A model generated the notes under the pieces. The model had not been told where the DNA came from. It saw nothing but the letters and a program-made list of their open reading frames with translations, and did no database searches. A DNA stretch of 33,189 nucleotides from a virus (taxonomy: Duplodnaviria > Caudoviricetes): IMG/VR virus record IMGVR_UViG_3300032233_001266, positions 1 to 33,189 of that record; one strand, written 5' to 3'. Position numbers and translations under genes: made by a program. Of the stretch, positions 25,713-33,189 are shown one piece after another; the first letter of the stretch is position 1, and the number at the start of each line of letters is the position of its first letter.

Positions 25713-26009
25713 ATGATACCTCTGCTAACTACTCTGTCCGTCATTAGTTCATGGTACGGTCCAGGTTTTAATGGACTACGAACCGCTAATGGTGAACGAT
25801 TTAATCAACACGCTCTTACTGCAGCACACAAGTCACTCCCGTTTGGAACTAAACTAAAAGTTTGCTTTAAACGATGTGCCGTGGTGCGTGTCAATGATCG
25901 GGGACCTTACATTCGTGGGAGGTCATTAGATCTCAGTAAAGGTGCGGCTGAAGCTATCGGTCTCGCTGGCTCTGGAGTTGGCCGAGTTAAATTAACTCGA
26001 CTTACTTAA
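25713..26009 (+). CDS. rlpA: RlpA-like DPBB lytic transglycosylase
   Basis: SWYGPGF-G--TANGE-F...TAAHKSLPFGT...VRVNDRGPY...LDLS--AA. Confidence 0.92.
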   Translation: MIPLLTTLSVISSWYGPGFNGLRTANGERFNQHALTAAHKSLPFGTKLKVCFKRCAVVRVNDRGPYIRGRSLDLSKGAAEAIGLAGSGVGRVKLTRLT

Positions 26010-26015
26010 TTAATT

Positions 26016-27053
26016 ATGACTGCTTCAATTGCAGTAAAACGCTCTCAAGGTAATCCTTGGGAGCTTTTTGGTGACTGGGTAACCAGCACTAACAACCGTC
26101 TTTATGTAGGTTGGTTCGGGGTACTAATGATTCCCTGTCTACTAGCCGCAACTATTTGTTTTCTCCTTGCCTTCATTGCAGCCCCACCAGTGGACATTGA
26201 TGGAATCAGGGAGCCTGTCTCTGGTTCATTGCTCTATGGAAACAACATCATATCGGGAGCCGTCGTACCGAGCAGCAATGCCATCGGACTACACTTCTAC
26301 CCAATTTGGGAAGCTCATTCACTTGACGAATGGTTGTACAACGGTGGACCATTCCAGCTCACCGTCTTCCACTTCCTCATTGGCATCTATGCTTACTTGG
26401 GACGAGAGTGGGAACTTAGCTATCGATTAGGAATGAGGCCTTGGATTTGTGTTGCATACTCGGCCCCGGTGGCGGCTGCTACCGCTGTATTCCTTGTCTA
26501 TCCCTTTGGCCAAGGAAGCTTCTCTGATGCTATGCCTTTGGGTATCTCAGGAACGTTTAACTACATGTTGGTCTTCCAGGCTGAACATAACATCCTTATG
26601 CACCCCTTCCATATGCTTGGAGTGGCGGGTGTGTTTGGTGGGGCATTATTTAGCGCAATGCACGGCAGTTTGGTTACGTCTAGCCTTGTTCGCGAAACAA
26701 CTGAAACTGTATCTCAGAACTATGGGTACAAGTTTGGTCAAGAAGAAGAGACGTATAACATCGTTGCCGCTCATGGATATTTTGGACGTTTGATCTTTCA
26801 ATATGCATCCTTTAACAATAGCCGTAGCCTTCACTTTTTTCTGGCTGCTTGGCCTGTTATTGGCATTTGGTTCGCGGCTCTTGCTGTGTCTACTATGGCT
26901 TTTAATCTTAATGGGCTTAACTTTAACCAGTCCATTTTGGATAACCAGGGGAATGTTTTACCGACTTGGGCTGATGTCCTCAACAAAGCAAACCTGGGAT
27001 TTGAAGTCATGCATGAGCGCAATGCACACAACTTTCCTCTCGATTTAGCTTAA
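26016..27053 (+). CDS. psbA: Photosystem II D1 protein
   Basis: [44 protein letters not shown]. Confidence 0.99.
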   Translation: MTASIAVKRSQGNPWELFGDWVTSTNNRLYVGWFGVLMIPCLLAATICFLLAFIAAPPVDIDGIREPVSGSLLYGNNIISGAVVPSSNAIGLHFYPIWEAHSLDEWLYNGGPFQLTVFHFLIGIYAYLGREWELSYRLGMRPWICVAYSAPVAAATAVFLVYPFGQGSFSDAMPLGISGTFNYMLVFQAEHNILMHPFHMLGVAGVFGGALFSAMHGSLVTSSLVRETTETVSQNYGYKFGQEEETYNIVAAHGYFGRLIFQYASFNNSRSLHFFLAAWPVIGIWFAALAVSTMAFNLNGLNFNQSILDNQGNVLPTWADVLNKANLGFEVMHERNAHNFPLDLA

Positions 27054-27227
27054 CAAAGGAAGTCCGTTTAAGCGGCTATGGATGGTGCAATACCATCCTT
27101 TCCTATTGGCTATTGGCCCGTACGCGGATACCCTTTAGCCAGATGACGGTGGGAGAGACCACAAAAAAATAGGCTACAAATTTTCCAAAGCTTTGGAGAG
27201 AATTAACACAACTACTCTCTCTTAAAA

Positions 27228-28355
27228 ATGGCACAACAGAATACTACTTCTGCACAGGCTAACACGACTATGATCGGTGCCGCCCAGTCAACTGGCGACC
27301 GGCGTGCACTGTTCCTGAAACTCTTTTCAGGTGAAATGTTCAAGGGCTTTCAAAACAACACGATTGCCCGTGATTTGATCCAGAAGCGTACCCTTAAGAA
27401 CGGCAAATCTTTGCAGTTCATTTATACTGGTCGCACTCTGGCTGAATATCATACTCCCGGAAACAGCATCCTTGGTAACACCGATGGTGCACCCCCGGTG
27501 GCTGAAAAGACCATCTCTTGTGATGACCTTCTGATCAGCTCTGCCTTTGTCTATCAACTGGACGAAGTGCTTTCTCACTATGATCTGCGTTCTGAAATCA
27601 GCCGCAAGATTGGTTATGCTCTCGCTGAGAAGTATGACCGTCTAATCTTCCGTGCTATCTCACGTGGTGCACGTCAGGTACACCCCATCACCAAGGCTAG
27701 CTTTGTTGAGCCTGGTGGTACTCAGATTCGTGTTGGCTCTTCGCTCAACCAATCTGATGCCTTCAGCGCTTCTGCACTGGTTACCGCTTTCTATGATGCA
27801 GCCGCTGCATTGGATGAAAAGGGTATCAGCCAAGATGGACGTGTGGGTGTTCTTAACCCCCGTCAGTACTACTCCTTGATTCAAGCAGTTGGTACTAACG
27901 GTCTGGTGAACCGTGATGAGCAAGGCGATGCCCTGCAGAACGGTAACGGCATCATTGAGATTGCAGGTATCCGTGTGTACAAGTCGATGAACATTCCGTT
28001 CCTCGGTAAGTACGGTACTGCTTATGCTGGTACTACTGGCGTCACCTCGCCTACTAACACTGGTTCGTTCATTAGCCCTTCCATTGAAGCTGCTACCTCT
28101 AGCGATACCGGTATCAAGAACGAATATGGTGGTGCTGCTGCATTCAACACTTCCTGCGGTCTGATCTTCCAACGTGAAGCTGCAGGTTGCGTGGAAGCTA
28201 TCGGACCCCAGGTCCAGGTTACCAGCGGCGACGTGTCGGTGATCTATCAGGGTGACGTGATCCTTGGCCGTCTGGCCATGGGTGCTGACTACCTGAACCC
28301 TGCTGCAGCTGTTGAGCTGTACGCAGGTAGTGCTTCTGCACCTACTGCATTCTGA
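27228..28355 (+). CDS. Major capsid protein (gp10)
   Basis: ALFLKLFSGE, RTLKNGKSLQF, DDLLIS, HYDLRSE. Confidence 0.96.
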   Translation: MAQQNTTSAQANTTMIGAAQSTGDRRALFLKLFSGEMFKGFQNNTIARDLIQKRTLKNGKSLQFIYTGRTLAEYHTPGNSILGNTDGAPPVAEKTISCDDLLISSAFVYQLDEVLSHYDLRSEISRKIGYALAEKYDRLIFRAISRGARQVHPITKASFVEPGGTQIRVGSSLNQSDAFSASALVTAFYDAAAALDEKGISQDGRVGVLNPRQYYSLIQAVGTNGLVNRDEQGDALQNGNGIIEIAGIRVYKSMNIPFLGKYGTAYAGTTGVTSPTNTGSFISPSIEAATSSDTGIKNEYGGAAAFNTSCGLIFQREAAGCVEAIGPQVQVTSGDVSVIYQGDVILGRLAMGADYLNPAAAVELYAGSASAPTAF

Positions 28356-28375
28356 TCTCAGTTATCAAGTCCTTT

Positions 28376-28402
28376 GGGGATCCTTCGGGGTCCCCTTTTT
28401 TT
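28376..28402 (+). terminator. T-phi-equivalent terminator after the capsid gene
   Basis: GGGGATCC-TTCG-GGGTCCCC (cUUCGg tetraloop) followed by T7. Confidence 0.9.
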
Positions 28403-28416
28403 ATCTAACAAAAGAT

Positions 28417-29034
28417 ATGCCTGCTCCTACTTATGCTGTGTCCACAGAACTGGATGCTGTTAATCAAATATTAAGCTCGGTGGGACAGGCACCTGTCACC
28501 ACACTCGACTTGCAGAACCCTGAAGTTGCCATTGTGCTAACTACTCTTAGGGAAGTCAACAAACAAGTACAGTCTGAGGGTTGGGTGTTCAATACAGAAC
28601 GTAACTATGTATTGACTCCTGATGCAACAACTAAAGAAATAACGTTTCCAACCAATGCTCTAAGCATTGACACGAATGTAGAAGAACATGGATCTGACTA
28701 TGATCCGGTTCGTAGGAACGGGAAACTATATGATCGATACAACCACACGTATGAATGGAACATTGATATTAATGCTGATATCATCTGGTACATAGCATTT
28801 GATGATGTTCCACCAATTGTCCAGAATTACATTGTAGCTAGAGCAGCGAGATTATCTGCCACCAAGATGATTGGGGACAAAGAAATCAATAGCCTGTTAA
28901 CCGAACAAGAGATCCAAACAAGATCTGCTGCACTTGAGTATGAATGCAACCAAGGTGATTACAGCATCTTTGGTTGGAAGGATGGATCAAACTATTACAA
29001 CAGCTATCAACCTTATAACGTTCTTATGCGATGA
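28417..29034 (+). CDS. Tail tubular protein A (gp11)
   Basis: TELDAVNQIL-SVGQAPV, VQSEGW-FN-E. ATG 28417 lies after the terminator. Confidence 0.93.
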   Translation: MPAPTYAVSTELDAVNQILSSVGQAPVTTLDLQNPEVAIVLTTLREVNKQVQSEGWVFNTERNYVLTPDATTKEITFPTNALSIDTNVEEHGSDYDPVRRNGKLYDRYNHTYEWNIDINADIIWYIAFDDVPPIVQNYIVARAARLSATKMIGDKEINSLLTEQEIQTRSAALEYECNQGDYSIFGWKDGSNYYNSYQPYNVLMR

Positions 29035-31976
29035 GCACTGTCACCCAAAGGATACCCAACTTTCTACTTGGAATTTCACAGCAGCCAGATAACCTTAAGT
29101 ATCCTGGTCAGCTTGTTGATTCAATTAATACCTTTCCAGATTACTCACTCGGCCTACTCAAAAGGCCTGGCGGGAAGTATGTTGCTGAGCTATATAATGC
29201 AACACCTACGGGGCGTTGGTTTTCTATCCTGAGGGATGACGCAGAGAAATATGTAGCACAGTATGCAAATAATGCATTCAGGATTTGGAGCATTATTGAT
29301 GGTCTGCCGCGAGCAGTTAACATGGGGTCAAACACAGGTGTCCCTGGTGCCTGTAATATCACCAATGTTAAATCGACTCTAAGTAATTACAATACTGCAA
29401 AGGCACTTACTGCTACACGTCTAGCTGCGCTCAACACTGCTGATGCTAACTACCAGAAGATCCTGGCAGGTCAGGTAACTACAGAGAGTATTGGGTTTGA
29501 TATAGATACCAACTACACAGGTGGAGATCTAGAGCAATCCATAGCAACAGGCATTTATATCAATGCCAATGCAACCACGAATCAGTATGTGATCAAAGAG
29601 AACAACACTGTGGTTGGTAGCTATGCTTCAACTGGGGCATTTCCAAGTGGTTACAGTCTTGGTAACAATAAGTCAGATGAATACCCAATCCTCAGGCAGC
29701 AGGGTTACTACGTCTATGCCCTTGTAAAGACCGTTGCAGCAGCAAACACTGGTGCACAGTTAACGGCTGCTCAGACTGCCCTTACAACGGCACAGAGCAA
29801 CTACTCAGCAGCTGTAACCGATGAAGCTACCAAGAAAGGTCTGTATGACACACAGATCAGTAACTGTGCAATCACTACAGTACCTTCTAATGCTTACCTG
29901 TACGGTGCATCTGCAACTGATATTGAAGTACTAACTCTTAATGACTACACCTTTGTTCTTAACAAGAAGAAGGTAGCAGCAATGAAAGCTACTACGGTGG
30001 CTGCACTGCCTAATCAAGCTTTTGTTGTCATTGGTGTTGTTGCTTATAACGCTCGATATACAGTCACGCTAAATGGTACAGACTACACACATCAAACAGC
30101 TGCTGATGTAGCAGGTGGAGTGACAGACAGCAATACAATTGCTAATGCACTTGTTAGTACTATTAATGCTAGTGGTGCTGGTTACACCGCCACTAAAGTT
30201 GGCCCAGGGTTAAGGATCACAAAGAGTACAGCATTTACCATCACTACATCTGGTTCAGCTAGCGAGGAAGGTCTTTATTGTTTCCAAGATAAAATTGATT
30301 CAATTGGAAGACTTCCCAACCAATGCACCAACGGGTATAAGACACGTGTAGTCAATACAAGTGATGTAGATGCAGATGATATGTGGGTGGTCTTTAACAC
30401 TACTAATAGTGCTGCATCTGGTCCTGGTGTATGGGAAGAAACCAATGCTCCTGGAATTACATACCAACTTGATGAGCTAACCATGCCTCATCAATTGGTA
30501 CGGCAAGCAGATGGATCATTTACGTTTGATCCGATTGTTTGGGATGAGCGGGTAGTAGGTGATGATACAACTAACCCCATACCAAGCTTTATAGGACAAA
30601 CTATTTCAAGTGTATTCTTCTATAGAAATAGGCTTGGGTTCCTGTCTAATGAATCAGTTGTATTAGGTAAAGCTGGTGATTACTTCAACTTCTTCGCTAC
30701 GTCGGCACAGTCCGTCACAGCTGATGATCCGATTGATGTAACCGCTACATCCACCAGACCCGTCACATTGAGCTACGTACAGGCCACCAACGTGGGTCTG
30801 ATGCTCTTTGGACGTAATGAACAATTTCTGTTGTCAACAGACGCTACAGACGTTCTCAGCCCCCAAACAGCAAACATCAGTACATTCTCTAAGTACGAGT
30901 GTGATCCAAACTTAGAAGCTGTGTCACTGGGTTCTTCAGTAACCTTCTTATCAAAGACAGCACTTTACACAAGGTTGTTTGAGCTGACAAGGATTAGGTC
31001 TGACATGCCTCCAAGTGTGGCAAACCTTACTACGACTGTATCTGAATTTATCCCAGCCACTATTGATAACTTCATTGCTTCTCCAGCTCTGTCAATGTTG
31101 TCAATGGGACAGACTGGTAGCAGCACTGTTTATCAGTACAGATTCCTACAGGATGGTGATGAAAGAAGTGTAAACACTTGGTACAAGTGGAGCCTTACTG
31201 GTACCCTGTTGGATCAGTTCTTTGAGAACAGTACTTACTATGCTGTAGTAACAGATGGGACAAAAGTATCAGTCAACTCATTTGACCTTACTCAGGCTAG
31301 TGAACAAGGCTATCTAACACTTCCCAGTGGGGAGAAGACTGATGTATGCCTTGATATGTTTACTATCAACCCATACCGTTCATACAACTCTGGGACAAAT
31401 ATAACAAGAGTGTATCTACCGTATAATAATTATACTGGTAAACAGCTTTCTGTTGTGCTTCTTGGCAGCTATATTGGTATCTCATCAACATCATCAAATC
31501 AATCCGTTGGAGCAATCCTCTACCCCACTGTACAAGGCACGACAGGTGCTTACTACGTAGAACTAGAGGGTGATTACAGAGGAAGGGATCTAATCATTGG
31601 TTACACCTATGAGATGCTGTTAGAGCTACCAAAGCTGTATCTAGGCCAACAGCAAGATAAATCATGGCGAGCTGATACTACTGCCGAACTGATTATCCAT
31701 CGAATTAAGATGTTCACCGGGCTTAGTGGTCCAGTGACATATAAGATTGATATTACTGGAAGAGATGAGTGGGTCAATGTTGTCAACGTGACTCTGCCTT
31801 ATCAATACATCCTAAACAATGTGAACCTCTCAGCAGAGAACACACACGTTGTTCCGATCTATCAACGCAATAAGAATCTAAGGATTCGGGTCGTTGGTGA
31901 TACACCATTCCCTGTAAGCCTGCTTGGTTGTGCGTGGGAGGGACTATACAAACGACGCTTCTACACCCGGAATTGA
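29031..31976 (+). CDS. Tail tubular protein B (gp12) with a large insertion
   Basis: GISQQPD, GLLKRPG, W-ER-VGD--TNP-PSF, FYRNRLGFL, DDPID. Confidence 0.95.
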   Translation: MSTVTQRIPNFLLGISQQPDNLKYPGQLVDSINTFPDYSLGLLKRPGGKYVAELYNATPTGRWFSILRDDAEKYVAQYANNAFRIWSIIDGLPRAVNMGSNTGVPGACNITNVKSTLSNYNTAKALTATRLAALNTADANYQKILAGQVTTESIGFDIDTNYTGGDLEQSIATGIYINANATTNQYVIKENNTVVGSYASTGAFPSGYSLGNNKSDEYPILRQQGYYVYALVKTVAAANTGAQLTAAQTALTTAQSNYSAAVTDEATKKGLYDTQISNCAITTVPSNAYLYGASATDIEVLTLNDYTFVLNKKKVAAMKATTVAALPNQAFVVIGVVAYNARYTVTLNGTDYTHQTAADVAGGVTDSNTIANALVSTINASGAGYTATKVGPGLRITKSTAFTITTSGSASEEGLYCFQDKIDSIGRLPNQCTNGYKTRVVNTSDVDADDMWVVFNTTNSAASGPGVWEETNAPGITYQLDELTMPHQLVRQADGSFTFDPIVWDERVVGDDTTNPIPSFIGQTISSVFFYRNRLGFLSNESVVLGKAGDYFNFFATSAQSVTADDPIDVTATSTRPVTLSYVQATNVGLMLFGRNEQFLLSTDATDVLSPQTANISTFSKYECDPNLEAVSLGSSVTFLSKTALYTRLFELTRIRSDMPPSVANLTTTVSEFIPATIDNFIASPALSMLSMGQTGSSTVYQYRFLQDGDERSVNTWYKWSLTGTLLDQFFENSTYYAVVTDGTKVSVNSFDLTQASEQGYLTLPSGEKTDVCLDMFTINPYRSYNSGTNITRVYLPYNNYTGKQLSVVLLGSYIGISSTSSNQSVGAILYPTVQGTTGAYYVELEGDYRGRDLIIGYTYEMLLELPKLYLGQQQDKSWRADTTAELIIHRIKMFTGLSGPVTYKIDITGRDEWVNVVNVTLPYQYILNNVNLSAENTHVVPIYQRNKNLRIRVVGDTPFPVSLLGCAWEGLYKRRFYTRN

Positions 31977-31977
31977 C

Positions 31978-32433
31978 ATGACAAAAGAGTGCTATCTGGC
32001 AGGTACTATCAGGCCAGCAACATTGAGTGATATACCAATCATTGTAGATAACTTATTGCCAGCTGCACAGCAGGACATCAAAAGAGCTGGGCAACATCCA
32101 GTGCTAATGATGGCTGAAGACATGGAAACCTACAAATCAAGTGTTGTCTTAAGCCCTAATGGTCAACCAATGGCACTCTTTGGAGTCAATGAAGAAGGTA
32201 ATATCTGGATGCATATGACTAATGATGTCTTAAAGTATCCAAAGGCTTTTATGAAGACAGCCAAGCTATGGCTGAGCATTCAACCCTGCAAGTTACTGTA
32301 CAACTACATTGATATCAATAACACAGCCCTACTGAAGATGGTCAAGAGACTTGGCTTCAAATTCCTAAGGGTTGTACCTAAAACAAGAAACAACCTTTAT
32401 TACGTGGAGTTCGTACGTCTATGGATCCCTTAG
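31978..32433 (+). CDS. Internal virion protein A (gp13-like, GNAT-like)
   Basis: Position after gp12, with IWM and LYNYID--N---L--V--LGF-F. Confidence 0.75.
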   Translation: MTKECYLAGTIRPATLSDIPIIVDNLLPAAQQDIKRAGQHPVLMMAEDMETYKSSVVLSPNGQPMALFGVNEEGNIWMHMTNDVLKYPKAFMKTAKLWLSIQPCKLLYNYIDINNTALLKMVKRLGFKFLRVVPKTRNNLYYVEFVRLWIP

Positions 32434-33092
32434 TTGGTGGCCTGATAACTGGTGGATTGTCTGCAATTACCTCAATCTTTGGTGGTAATGCCCAGGCCAA
32501 GGCCCAAGCAGCTGCTCAAGCTTATCAAAACAAGATGGCTGTGGAGCAGAATAGAATCCAGAATGCTTACAAAGATCGAGCATTTGGTAGAGCTGTTAGT
32601 ACTACAAAAGAGCAGATTGGTGAAAACCTAAATGCCTTTACTAGAGCAACAGCACAAGAAAGAGCACGATTCAATGAACAGTTGTATGGTTTCTCCACGC
32701 AACGTCAAAGTGCTATCAAAGATTTAATTCAAACCCAAGGCATGGCCAATGCCTCAGAGAGGTACGGCAGAAGCGCTGCAAGAATGAATGCTGTAGAGAT
32801 CATGGGCAACTACGGTCGTAATCAACAGATGTTCACTGACACGGTGGCTAGTGCTGGAAGGCAGTACAACCGTAATCAGAATAGCTATGCCCAGGCAAGG
32901 TATGAAGCTGATCGGCAGACTGTTGCAAGCTTGGCTAATGCATCTGAAAGTTTCCTCCCGGGTATGGCTCAAACAAGTTATACAGGTAGCACTAACAATA
33001 GTTTCCTGACAATTGCTAATGGGTTGCTATCTGGTGCACAGAGTGGCCTTAATTTGTATACATCAATGGGTGGCAAATTTGGCAAAAACTAA
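32421..33092 (+). CDS. Internal virion protein B (gp14-like)
   Basis: Gly-rich hydrophobic termini and an Ala/Gln-rich helical centre with GRSA-R. Synteny fits. Confidence 0.75.
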   Translation: MDPLVGGLITGGLSAITSIFGGNAQAKAQAAAQAYQNKMAVEQNRIQNAYKDRAFGRAVSTTKEQIGENLNAFTRATAQERARFNEQLYGFSTQRQSAIKDLIQTQGMANASERYGRSAARMNAVEIMGNYGRNQQMFTDTVASAGRQYNRNQNSYAQARYEADRQTVASLANASESFLPGMAQTSYTGSTNNSFLTIANGLLSGAQSGLNLYTSMGGKFGKN

Positions 33093-33110
33093 ATTCCTTA
33101 AGCAGTAACA

Positions 33111-33189
33111 ATGCCACAAATCAAACCTTTAGAGGGGGAGGAGAAGTTCCAAGGTTACACCGAAAGGGCACAATTCAACCCCATCAATG
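33111..33189 (+). CDS. Start of the next internal virion protein (gp15-like), truncated by the window end
   Basis: MPQIKPLEGEEKFQGYTERAQFNPIN..., open to the window end. Synteny fits. Confidence 0.55.
   Translation, partial: MPQIKPLEGEEKFQGYTERAQFNPIN

Noticed and set aside
28312-28416. Capsid 10B-type frameshift or capsid-tail tube A fusion
   Set aside because: The open upstream frame is +1 and runs through a strong terminator. The -1 frame closes near 28408, and no slippery heptamer is visible.
565-32972. Minus-strand and nested alternative-frame ORFs in the track (e.g. 2351-2776, 12658-13026, 15821-16252, 27660-28172)
   Set aside because: These are shadows of well-supported + strand genes with no motifs. 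T7-like genomes are transcribed from one strand.

Overview
This window is most of the genome of a T7-like cyanopodovirus (Autographiviridae). The host is inferred to be a Synechococcus/Cyanobium-type picocyanobacterium. All supported genes are on the + strand. The window is circularly permuted. It opens with late tail-chaperone, lysis and packaging genes (C39-type peptidase, terS, three HNH-type genes, terL), then crosses a hairpin-rich non-coding stretch (~6.7-8.3 kb) that probably holds the genome termini. Next come the early genes, a wHTH regulator, a tyrosine integrase with a tRNA-Leu(CAA) 5'-half attP, the single-subunit RNA polymerase, and the replication/nucleotide module (SSB, endonuclease I, primase-helicase, split DNA polymerase, exonuclease, overprinted nblA-like gene, DUF3310, MazG-like, class I RNR). 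The window ends with the structural module (portal, scaffold, hli-rlpA-psbA island, capsid, tail tube A/B, internal virion proteins). Standout observations: (i) an exact 24-nt T7-promoter-shaped repeat found once after terL and once inside the RNAP coding sequence; (ii) nine same-strand copies of TRTCCAC-N4-GTA confined to 3.2-14.4 kb, several overlapping -10 boxes; (iii) an early cyAbrB-N/ArdA-like fusion protein; (iv) a large modular HNH protein placed directly behind a terminator; (v) a boxA-like element after the early promoter. All family calls come from motif recognition by eye; no database searches were run.
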